Source: Pseudoalteromonas translucida KMM 520
GTDB taxonomy: Bacteria; Pseudomonadota; Gammaproteobacteria; Enterobacterales; Alteromonadaceae
NCBI RefSeq assembly: GCF_001465295.1
Contig: NZ_CP011035.1
Coordinates: forward strand, 360,001 to 392,000
Length of the DNA: 32,000 nt
Direction: 5' to 3'
Below the pieces are notes generated by a model. The model saw only the letters and a program-made list of their open reading frames with translations. It was not told where the DNA came from and did no database searches. The position numbers and the translations under genes were made by a program. Positions 7,423 to 15,651 of this stretch are shown piece after piece. Positions within the stretch are counted from its first letter, which is position 1. Each line of letters begins with the position of its first letter.

Positions 7423-9894
7423 ATGAACGCTTTTAGGCTGTTAGTTGCCTTTATTGGCTGTATTGCATTACTGCCAATGAGCTATGCGGAGCAAGGATAT
7501 CAAACGCCATCGGCTGAACTTGCTGCATTAGTTGATGCTAAATTATCGCCCACCAGTAGTTTGTCAGACGATGGCCAATGGCTTGCATTGTTTGAGCGAA
7601 AACGTGTAGTGTCGTTAGATGAGTTGGCAAAAGAGGAGCTTAAACTGGCGGGTATTAAACTAAACCCGGCAAACTTTTCACGCTCACGCGTAAGTGCAAA
7701 ATACAGTGCGGTGCAAATTAAGCACGTACAAAGTGGTACGGTTATTAATATTAATAACTTGCCACAAGGTATTATTCGCGCGCCAAAATGGTCATCAAAT
7801 AGTGAGTACTTAGCCTTTGTGGTTGAGCAAAAAAATGATGCGCGTTTATGGTTATACAATGTAAAAACAAAACAAGCGAATGAGCTAAATTCAATAGCGC
7901 TTAACTCTGTCCTTACTGCATCTCCCTATGAATGGCTACCCGATAGCAGTGCCTTGGTTGCAAATTTAGCCGTTAATTTAGGAAAAACCAGATTACAAAA
8001 TGATAGCCAAAGTACGGTGCCTGTTATTCAGCAAAGTAGCGGTGAAAAAGCGCCTGCACGCACTTATCAAAACTTATTAACTGGCCCGTTTGATGAGGCG
8101 CAGTTTAAATTTTATGGCCAAGGGCAACTTGCCTATATAACGCTTGATGGTCATGCGCAACCGATTGGCCGCCCTGCGTTGTTTAAGTCATTTTCAGTAT
8201 CACCCGACTCAACCAATATATTGGTGGCGAGTATAAACGAGCCATTTTCGTATCAAGTACCATACAACCGCTTTGCTACAACATGGCAAATATTGGGAAT
8301 GCGTGGTTTTTCATTAGTTGAGCTGGCAAAACAACCATTAGCCGATAACATTCCACAAGGCTACGACAGTGTACGAACTGGCAGACGTGACTTTGAGTGG
8401 CGAGCCGATCAAGGTGCAGAGGTTATTTGGGCCGAAGCGCAAGATGGCGGTGATATGAAAACCGATGTTGAATATCACGACTTTATTTACAGCTTACGTG
8501 CACCATTTAAACGCGAGCCTAAACTGTTTGCTAAAGTAGAGCGTCGTTATTCGGGTATAGAATGGGGTAACGATAATATTGCCATGCTCAGTGATTGGCG
8601 CTTTAGTGACCGCCAAGTGCGCACCTATATTATTGCCCCTCGTGATGCTGATAAAAACCGCATATTATTTTCAGAGCGTAGTTACAACGATGCCTACAAA
8701 GACCCAGGCAGAGCAATATATGAGCGCAATGATTTAGGCAGCAAGGTAATAAAAGTGGTTGGCGGGCGCTATCTATTTTTACGTGGTAATGGTGCATCAG
8801 AGCAAGGTAATGTGCCATTTTTAGATCAATACGATGTAAAAACTAATAGCAGCAAACGTTTATGGCAATCAGCGGCACCTTATTATGAGCGTGTTCGTGC
8901 GTTACTTGATGACGAAGGCAAGCGTTTTATTACTATTAGAGAGTCTAAAACAGAGCAACCTAACTTTTTTATTCGTGATTTAAATAAACAAAATTTAACT
9001 CAAATTACTAATTTTGAGCACCCTTACCCGGCATTTAAAGGCGTAACAAAAGAGCAATTACGCTATACCCGAGATGACGGTGTTGAGCTTTCAGGCACAC
9101 TTTATTTACCACCAGGTTATGATAAAACTCAAGGCCCATTACCTGTATTAATGTGGGCATACCCGCTTGAATATAAAGATAAAGCAGTCGCTTCTCAAGT
9201 GCGTGAGTCGCCTTATGAGTTTACCTCTATTGGTTACTGGGGCCCGATGCCTTACTTAGCTAAAGGTATTGCGGTATTTGACGATCCTAAAATGCCAATT
9301 GTAGGTATTGAGGGCAGTGAGCCAAACGATAACTTTAGAAAGCAACTAGTAGCCAGCGCACAAGCTGCTGTAGATGTATTGGTTAAAAAAGGCATTGCTG
9401 ATAAAAACAATATTGCCATAGCGGGTCATTCATATGGTGCATTTATGGTGGCTAACTTATTAGCACATAGTGATTTGTTTAAAGCCGGTATTGCCCGCAG
9501 TGGCGCGTATAATCGCACCTTAACGCCGTTTGGCTTTCAAGGCGAAGAGCGCGATTTTTGGCAAGCTCAAAATGTGTACGCAAACATGTCGCCATTTTTT
9601 CATGCCGAAAAAATTAACGAGCCAATGCTAATGATTCACGGGCAAGAAGATCCGAATTCTGGCACCTTCCCAATGCAAAGTGAACGTATGTACGCCGCGT
9701 TAAAAGGCTTAGGCAAAGAAGTGCGTTTAGTCATGCTGCCACATGAAGCACATGGCTATCGAGCCCGTAAAAGCTTACTGCATGTGCTGTGGGAGCAAGA
9801 GCAGTGGCTAAACAAATACCTGTTAATGGATGAAGAGGCTGAGCCGGTAAAGGTAACAACTGAGCTAGTGGCAGAGCCAACACCGAGCCAATAG
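7423..9894 (+). CDS. S9 family serine peptidase (prolyl-oligopeptidase / glutamyl-endopeptidase-like), secreted
   Basis: Signal peptide MNAFRLLVAFIGCIALLPMSYAEQ. Catalytic triad motifs: GHSYGAF (Ser), IHGQEDPNSG (Asp), PHEAHGY (His). AAAGGA RBS lies upstream of the ATG. Confidence 0.9.
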   Translation: MNAFRLLVAFIGCIALLPMSYAEQGYQTPSAELAALVDAKLSPTSSLSDDGQWLALFERKRVVSLDELAKEELKLAGIKLNPANFSRSRVSAKYSAVQIKHVQSGTVININNLPQGIIRAPKWSSNSEYLAFVVEQKNDARLWLYNVKTKQANELNSIALNSVLTASPYEWLPDSSALVANLAVNLGKTRLQNDSQSTVPVIQQSSGEKAPARTYQNLLTGPFDEAQFKFYGQGQLAYITLDGHAQPIGRPALFKSFSVSPDSTNILVASINEPFSYQVPYNRFATTWQILGMRGFSLVELAKQPLADNIPQGYDSVRTGRRDFEWRADQGAEVIWAEAQDGGDMKTDVEYHDFIYSLRAPFKREPKLFAKVERRYSGIEWGNDNIAMLSDWRFSDRQVRTYIIAPRDADKNRILFSERSYNDAYKDPGRAIYERNDLGSKVIKVVGGRYLFLRGNGASEQGNVPFLDQYDVKTNSSKRLWQSAAPYYERVRALLDDEGKRFITIRESKTEQPNFFIRDLNKQNLTQITNFEHPYPAFKGVTKEQLRYTRDDGVELSGTLYLPPGYDKTQGPLPVLMWAYPLEYKDKAVASQVRESPYEFTSIGYWGPMPYLAKGIAVFDDPKMPIVGIEGSEPNDNFRKQLVASAQAAVDVLVKKGIADKNNIAIAGHSYGAFMVANLLAHSDLFKAGIARSGAYNRTLTPFGFQGEERDFWQAQNVYANMSPFFHAEKINEPMLMIHGQEDPNSGTFPMQSERMYAALKGLGKEVRLVMLPHEAHGYRARKSLLHVLWEQEQWLNKYLLMDEEAEPVKVTTELVAEPTPSQ

Positions 9895-10265
9895 TAAAGT
9901 ACGTGTTTATGCCGTGAGAGCAAGAAGACCCACTCTAAATCTCACTGCACCTTCCCAATGCAAAGTGAACGTATGTACGCCGCGTTAAAAGGCTTAGGTA
10001 AAGAAGTGCGTTTAGTCATGCTACCCCATGAAGCACATGGTTATCGAGCCCGTAAAAGCTTACTGCATGTGTTGTGGGAACAAGAGCAGTGGTTAGATAA
10101 GTACTTACTTAATGACTCTGCTGAGCCGGTAAAGGTAACAACTGAGCTAGTGGCTGAGCCAACACCGAGCCAATAGTAAAGTACGTGTTTATGCCGTGAG
10201 AGCAAGAAGACCCCCCTTAATCTCACGGCACCTTCCCAATGCAAAGTGAGCGTATGTACGCTGCA
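9661..10265 (+). repeat. Tandem direct repeat, period about 281-285 bp, about 2.1 copies, covering the 3' end of the peptidase gene and its 3' flank
   Basis: GCACCTTCCCAATGCAAAGTGA recurs at 9662, 9947 and 10228. TAGTAAAGTACGTGTTTATGCCGTGAGAGCAAGAAGACCC recurs at 9892 and 10174. Unit 3 keeps only about 38 nt. Confidence 0.9.
9947..10176 (+). pseudogene. Relic duplicate of the last ~77 codons of the S9 peptidase gene (track ORF 9958..10176)
   Basis: The 72-aa ORF is nearly identical to the C-terminus of the 823-aa protein (MQSERMYAALKGLGKEVRLVMLPHEAHGYRARKSLLHVLWEQEQWL...). No RBS precedes its ATG and there is no N-terminal catalytic part. Confidence 0.75.
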
Positions 10266-10615
10266 CTTTAGAGTAAAAAAATGTATTTTTGCACTTTATC
10301 ATCTCAGACTTTTGCCATGCATGAGTGTATAAAATTTCCAAACTCAGACGCTTTTTGTTTTTCATAATAAAGGGAAAATAACGCAAAAGCCTTGCTGTTC
10401 AGGGCTTTCAAGTGGGAGGTGTTTTACTAATAGGGAAATTTTATTTTGGGCTAATACTTTGTTTAGAGGAAGTTACCTTACCAAAAACAAGCTCAAGGTG
10501 AGCGAGTACAAATGCTCATATTACATATCATTTATCTTTCACCTTAGCTCTTTTTCATTTACCCTTTCGCCTAGAACCTATTACAACTTTGTCTTTAACC
10601 CATTACGAGTTTTAA

Positions 10616-11233
10616 ATGATTGATATAACAGTACTCGCGGTATTTATTCCCACCTTCTTTTTCGTTTCGATCACCCCGGGTATGTGTATGACGTTAGCCA
10701 TGACGCTAGGCATGAGTATTGGCGTGCGGCGCACTTTGTGGATGATGGTGGGCGAACTGCTCGGCGTTGCCACTGTTGCCGTTGCTGCAGTGCTAGGTGT
10801 GGCGAGTATTATGCTTAACTATCCAGAGGCGTTTGCTATTTTAAAGTGGGTAGGCGGTGCATACTTAATTTACATTGGTATAAACATGTGGCGATCTAAA
10901 GGAAAAATGTCGGTAAATACCAGCAATGCCACGGCTGTAAGTCGCCAGTCACTGTTTACGCAAGGTTTTGTAACTGCAATAGCCAACCCAAAAGGCTGGG
11001 CGTTTATGATCTCATTACTACCACCATTTATAAGCATTGAACATGACGTAGCCCCCCAACTATTAATATTGTTAAGTGTAATAATGCTTACCGAATTTTT
11101 AAGTATGTTGGCTTATGCAACGGGTGGAAAAAGTCTTCGATTATTTTTAACGCGCGGTAATAACATCCAGTGGATGAATCGTATTGCGGGCAGTTTAATG
11201 GTCGCCGTTGGTGTATGGCTGGCTTTAGGATAG
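10616..11233 (+). CDS. LysE/RhtB family amino-acid efflux translocator
   Basis: 205 aa with six hydrophobic helices. The family-typical N-terminus is present (FIPTFFFVSITPGMCMTLAMTLGMS), plus NPKGWAF in the middle. Confidence 0.85.
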   Translation: MIDITVLAVFIPTFFFVSITPGMCMTLAMTLGMSIGVRRTLWMMVGELLGVATVAVAAVLGVASIMLNYPEAFAILKWVGGAYLIYIGINMWRSKGKMSVNTSNATAVSRQSLFTQGFVTAIANPKGWAFMISLLPPFISIEHDVAPQLLILLSVIMLTEFLSMLAYATGGKSLRLFLTRGNNIQWMNRIAGSLMVAVGVWLALG

Positions 11234-11541
11234 TGCTTGAATAGATTAATTACCCGGCATTACAATATTAAAAAAGCAGTTTTATTTTTTTATTAGCTCC
11301 TAAAACGGGTAAAAAACATTGATTATGTAAAAATGAGCTAAAAGTATTAACCTCAGCTGAACGCCTTGCTGTGGTTACATTTGTTGCCATTTTAATTACA
11401 AGTAACAAAAGTTTCTTAATTTTCTGTATTGCAATTTGTAACAAATTCGGTAATTCTAACAAAATATTCAAGGAAGAATGAATTAAGTCAATGGCTTAGC
11501 TACATGCTTTCTTGCCTTTTAAATGTACAGGGAATTGCCAC

Positions 11542-12246
11542 ATGAAAAAAACTATCCTTTCTGCGCTTATTTTTGCTCCTCTTTTTGCTGGCTGTGTGTC
11601 TACAGCTGATACTTCTGGTGACTTAGATCGTAACGCTGTTGTTGCTGAGTTATCTACACGCATGGATACACTTGGTTACCAACACCCGGTAGACATTGTG
11701 CCAGGCATCAATGAATTTCTAAATGCATCGGCTATGGTGCTTGAGCGCCAATATAAAGTAATGGGTCAGTACCGTACGTCTACTGATAATCATCGTGATG
11801 TTCAAGCTTTTTTATATGCATACAAAGATGCAACACCTGAAGAGTTACAAACAGCTATAACTGAATTTGACGCGGGTGCAAAAAATAAAGATGAAAAAAT
11901 TGGTCATAAAATTGCCGCCTATAACCAAGCAAACGAAGGTATTTATCAACAAAACGTCGCACTTGCTACCGACTTAACCGTTGAAATTGCAAAGTCTGCT
12001 TATATTTTATCTCAATATAAAAATGAAGTAGCGATGGCATTAGCGCTCAGTGCTGGCAGTAGTATGATGGGTATGTTTGCTGGTGAGGAAGATGAAGCAG
12101 AAAATCCAAAAGATATTGGTGTGGCATTGTTAAAAGCAAAAGATCAGCTTTCGCTAGCATTAGAAGCGAATGAAATTATTGAATTAGAGCAAGCGACTAT
12201 TTCATCAATTAATGAGTTACAGCTAGAGCTAGAAGCGAAAGGTTAA
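11542..12246 (+). CDS. Helical lipoprotein of unknown function (operon gene 1)
   Basis: MKKTILSALIFAPLFAGC has lipobox LFAGC. AGGGAA lies 8 nt upstream of the ATG at 11542, which I prefer over the TTG at 11512. The remainder is alpha-helical and acidic, with no motif I recognise. Confidence 0.7.
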   Translation: MKKTILSALIFAPLFAGCVSTADTSGDLDRNAVVAELSTRMDTLGYQHPVDIVPGINEFLNASAMVLERQYKVMGQYRTSTDNHRDVQAFLYAYKDATPEELQTAITEFDAGAKNKDEKIGHKIAAYNQANEGIYQQNVALATDLTVEIAKSAYILSQYKNEVAMALALSAGSSMMGMFAGEEDEAENPKDIGVALLKAKDQLSLALEANEIIELEQATISSINELQLELEAKG

Positions 12247-13148
12247 TGAAAACAAGCATTTTTGCCTTTTTATTGGCATTTGCTTGTACAAGCTCAGCGC
12301 AAAGCTGGCCTGTTTGGGTAGTTCAATCGCAACAAAGTGATGAATACATTACTGCGGTGGGTATTGGTGAGAGCCGCTTAGCTGCAAAGCAAGCGGCTTT
12401 AGCCGAGATTGCAACCCAACTCAGTGTTGATGTGAGCACCCAGCAAACACAGTCGTTGAGCAAGCAAAACAATAAATTAACCAGCTATTTTGAGCAAGCA
12501 ACAACACTCAATAGTTTACCGTTTACATTAACGGGGGTTGAAGAGTTAAATGCAGTTGCACAAAACAACTTATTTGCTTTAAAAATGGGTGTTAAAAAGT
12601 CGGTTATAGTAAAAACGTTAAAATCTGATTTATCGGTACTATCACGAATTACCCCTCCAGAAAAAAATGCTGAGCAACGTTTTATCTGGGCACTGCAAAA
12701 TAGTGGTTTACTAAACCAAGCGATAAAAAAGTTAGCAGTATTGGAGCATTTGTCAGGCCCTGAGTTGTTTATTAAATCAACACTAAATAATTTATTAACT
12801 GAACAGTCAATTGCACTTAATGCAGTTGCGTGCGATGTGATTGGTGCAATCAGCGCACACGAAATTAAATCAGCTTTAAACGACGCATTACCTCACAGCG
12901 GCGACACACAACTATGGCTTCGTCCGCAATTGCGTTGGCAATACGCGCAAACTACAACTAAACACTCTGCAAAAGCCATTTTATCACTAGCACTAACACG
13001 CAGTACTAGTCCTTTTAAAGTGTTATTGCAACACGATTTAAATGCCCAAGAAAGTGCCGCTACGCGGGAAAACGCCAAACAAAAAGTGATTCAAAACTTA
13101 GTTCAACAACTTAAAGCGCCTGCTAGCCAATGGCTGTTTGATATTTAG
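12246..13148 (+). CDS. Secreted LPP20-like domain protein (operon gene 2)
   Basis: The ATG overlaps the previous stop (TAATG). Signal peptide MKTSIFAFLLAFACTSSAQS. LPP20-family pattern: WPVWVV...YITAVGIGESRLAAKQAALAEIATQLSVDVSTQQ...NNLFALKMGV. Confidence 0.7.
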   Translation: MKTSIFAFLLAFACTSSAQSWPVWVVQSQQSDEYITAVGIGESRLAAKQAALAEIATQLSVDVSTQQTQSLSKQNNKLTSYFEQATTLNSLPFTLTGVEELNAVAQNNLFALKMGVKKSVIVKTLKSDLSVLSRITPPEKNAEQRFIWALQNSGLLNQAIKKLAVLEHLSGPELFIKSTLNNLLTEQSIALNAVACDVIGAISAHEIKSALNDALPHSGDTQLWLRPQLRWQYAQTTTKHSAKAILSLALTRSTSPFKVLLQHDLNAQESAATRENAKQKVIQNLVQQLKAPASQWLFDI

Positions 13149-13156
13149 GAATAATA

Positions 13157-14281
13157 ATGAAATTAGTAAAAAAATTAACCCTGTCAGCATTAACACTTGC
13201 CTTATTAGCTGGTTGTCAAACAAAGCCTGGCAGCAGTACACAAGTAGAAAAAGTAAGTAATCGTGCATCGAATGCGGTTGTTGCTAAAAGTGCCTACGAC
13301 TTTAAAGATCACGATATTACCATTCCTGCCTATTTTGATACTCAAGGGCTAGAGCGTTGCACCTTTGATGTTAACAATGAGGCCGATAGTTGCCCACTGA
13401 AAAAGCCCATAGTACGTATGTATTTTGACTTAGCCCAAGTAGCTGGCAGTGGCATTGGTGTAGATGCAATGCGTGAGTTCGATAATGAAAATTTACTCTT
13501 TATGCTCGAAAACCAGTTTGCCGGTATTAGTCGTTTTAGAATTATTACTCGCGATGACGATACAATTTCCAAAGAGCAGCAAATAATATTAGAACAACAG
13601 GGTATAAAAACGGCCGCTAAAAGAGCTGAAGTAAGGGCATTAATGCCAGACTTTATTGTAAAAATAGATTCACTCAGAACACTAAAAACCGAAGGGGGTT
13701 ACAGCGATTGGGCCAATTACACGCTTGAGCTTACCACTGGGGTTATTAACCCTCAAACTCGGGAAAAATTATCACACCCCAACCTTGGTAAAATACGGGT
13801 TAAGTCAGAAGACGTGCGCGAACGCTCAGAATTGAAGTTTCACCGAGTAAATAATCGTTATGTTGCTGGTTTTCGATTTGATGATAGTGCCCATGTAAAT
13901 GCAGTAATCAATGATATGGGCTCGCGCGGTATTGATATTTTACTTACCCGTATGCTCAGTGAAATGCCTGCAACAGCTCAAGTGTTAGGTATTAAAGGAA
14001 ATAAAATTAGCCTTGATCGTGGCCAAAATGCCGGCGTATTACCTAACGAAACTATGATTATTTTTAGTTATGAAGCGGGTTTTGTGGAGCCAATTGGCGT
14101 TGCGAGTGTCATGCCTTCTAGTAACAGTGCTCAAGGCGAAATTATCCGCTGGAAAAATTCTGACATTGCAGATGACGTTAAAGATAAAGCCGAAAATGGT
14201 ATTTATCGCCCAGCAAAAGGTGCAAAAATATTTGCTGTATCGGTAGGCACACCAGCTGGATTTTTGGAGAACCGGACATGA
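13157..14281 (+). CDS. Lipoprotein with a CsgG/LpoB/FlgO-like alpha/beta domain and a C-terminal beta domain (operon gene 3)
   Basis: Lipobox LLAGC in MKLVKKLTLSALTLALLAGCQ. The central pattern LLFMLENQFAGISRFRIITRDDDTISKEQQIILEQQG...LMPDFIVKIDSL...YTLELTTGVINPQTREKLS resembles the CsgG/LpoB family layout. The C-terminus (AQVLGIKGNKISLDRGQNAGVLPNETMIIFS) is a small beta-barrel-like pattern as seen in FlgT_C-type domains. Similarity was judged by eye only. Confidence 0.65.
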   Translation: MKLVKKLTLSALTLALLAGCQTKPGSSTQVEKVSNRASNAVVAKSAYDFKDHDITIPAYFDTQGLERCTFDVNNEADSCPLKKPIVRMYFDLAQVAGSGIGVDAMREFDNENLLFMLENQFAGISRFRIITRDDDTISKEQQIILEQQGIKTAAKRAEVRALMPDFIVKIDSLRTLKTEGGYSDWANYTLELTTGVINPQTREKLSHPNLGKIRVKSEDVRERSELKFHRVNNRYVAGFRFDDSAHVNAVINDMGSRGIDILLTRMLSEMPATAQVLGIKGNKISLDRGQNAGVLPNETMIIFSYEAGFVEPIGVASVMPSSNSAQGEIIRWKNSDIADDVKDKAENGIYRPAKGAKIFAVSVGTPAGFLENRT

Positions 14282-15645
14282 TCAAAAAGCTTTGCTTATT
14301 AGCGTTATGCTCCTTAAGCGTACAAGCACAAGTGGATGTTTTAGCTGATGGAACATTACAAACCCAGGCGTGTGCTTATGGGCGAGGTGGCACTGCTATT
14401 TCTGGTGCAAAAGCGCAGGCAAGTGCTGAGCTTATAAGTTTTATTAAAGGTAATAAAAGCCTGACAACGCAAAGCGCACAGCAGCATTTAACAACAAATT
14501 TAACAGATGATGCCGCTAATTTATATGAGCAGCAACGCACTACTATGATCGAAGGTTTGAGTGCAGGTGCAGTCCCTTTAAATTACTCAACGCCAACACT
14601 CAGTGGTAACGACACTTGCATGACGGTAAGCCTTAACCCACAAGAATTAGGTGAAATACAAGAGCAAAGCTGGCAACAAGCGACCCAAGATATAAGTGTG
14701 ACAGTAATAGGTCAAGGCTGGAAAAAAGAAGGTAAAACAGCATTAATTAATGCTGAGCAAGATGCACTACAAAGAGCTGTATCTCAGGTGGTGGGGGTTT
14801 GGCTTACGCAGCAACACACGCAATCGTCAAGCATGAGTATGGATATTGTTGATGGTAATGAGTCAACCAATATGCAGGAGTTGATTGGCCAGCAGCTTTC
14901 TAGTCATAGTGAAGGACTGGTTAAAGAGTGGCAGACGCTCCAAAGTAAGCAGTTAAAAAATGGTGGCGTAGAAATTACGATAATGGCGGTAGTAGAAAAA
15001 GCACCGCTAATTCAGCAGGCATCGCAATTGTTGAGCATGATTGGCTCACCTAGAGTACAAGTAATCGCTCCTGAGCCATTAAAAACAGAGTTAAAAGTTT
15101 GGTTGAGTGAGCAAGGCATTGAAGTAGGTGATGCGGCGAGTTTAGTTATTTATGCACAATCTGATGTTATTAAACGTGGTAATAATCGTCAACTTCGCTT
15201 AAGTGTTAATGTGCGAGATTTAGCTGGCAATATTTATGGGAATTGGAAAAACGATCCTTCATTTATGTCTTTGCCTGATGACCCTTACGTAGAAAAAGAT
15301 TTAATGGCAGTACATTTAGCCAGTGAATCGCAGTCAAAAGCATTGCACAGCACGCTTAATACTGCGTTTACTCAAGTTGTTGCAAGAGGCGGATTAGTAA
15401 GAGAAGTTCTGTTGCCAAGTAATAAATTAACGCAACCAGAAAAATTGCATGCAGTATTAAGCACGTTAGGTGGTGTAAGCGACGTAGCTATCGATAAGCG
15501 CAGTGACTATACAGTTGCAAGCCTTAGATACAAAGGTAATACCGGTGAACTTGCCCATGCACTTGATCAAGCATTAGCAACGATTACCGTAAAAACACTT
15601 TCTAAAATTACAATCGAAAACGACTTTACACTCAGGTACAAATAA
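14278..15645 (+). CDS. Periplasmic FlgT-like / LPP20-like multidomain protein (operon gene 4)
   Basis: ATGA start/stop overlap with gene 3. Signal peptide MIKKLCLLALCSLSVQAQV. Two LPP20/FlgT_N-like modules: GGTAISGAKAQASAELISFIKG and VIGQGWKKEGKTALINAEQDALQRAVSQVVGV...GVEITIMAVV. Confidence 0.65.
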   Translation: MIKKLCLLALCSLSVQAQVDVLADGTLQTQACAYGRGGTAISGAKAQASAELISFIKGNKSLTTQSAQQHLTTNLTDDAANLYEQQRTTMIEGLSAGAVPLNYSTPTLSGNDTCMTVSLNPQELGEIQEQSWQQATQDISVTVIGQGWKKEGKTALINAEQDALQRAVSQVVGVWLTQQHTQSSSMSMDIVDGNESTNMQELIGQQLSSHSEGLVKEWQTLQSKQLKNGGVEITIMAVVEKAPLIQQASQLLSMIGSPRVQVIAPEPLKTELKVWLSEQGIEVGDAASLVIYAQSDVIKRGNNRQLRLSVNVRDLAGNIYGNWKNDPSFMSLPDDPYVEKDLMAVHLASESQSKALHSTLNTAFTQVVARGGLVREVLLPSNKLTQPEKLHAVLSTLGGVSDVAIDKRSDYTVASLRYKGNTGELAHALDQALATITVKTLSKITIENDFTLRYK

Positions 15646-15651
15646 GGACAG

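Noticed and set aside
9958-10176. 72-aa ORF as an independent gene.
   Set aside because: It is a copy of the C-terminal 72 residues of the upstream peptidase inside a tandem repeat, with no RBS and no catalytic Ser or Asp. I treat it as a relic or pseudogene, not a functional CDS.
10041-10386. Minus-strand ORFs 10041..10244 and 10189..10386 in the repeat and intergenic region.
   Set aside because: The first is antisense to the duplicated peptidase fragment. The second is basic and low-complexity, with no RBS and no motif. They probably reflect an AT-rich spacer.
11268-11471. 67-aa minus-strand ORF in the region upstream of the lipoprotein operon.
   Set aside because: Leu/Lys/Ile-rich translation of AT-rich intergenic DNA, with no RBS and no motif. 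The region is more plausibly the operon promoter.
11512-11541. N-terminal extensions given by the ORF track: TTG 11512, TTG 23441, ATG 4076, ATG 1786.
   Set aside because: Internal ATGs at 11542, 23519, 4034 and 1765 are preceded by good RBSs and give canonical signal peptides or N-termini. The extensions add non-signal residues in front of signal peptides.
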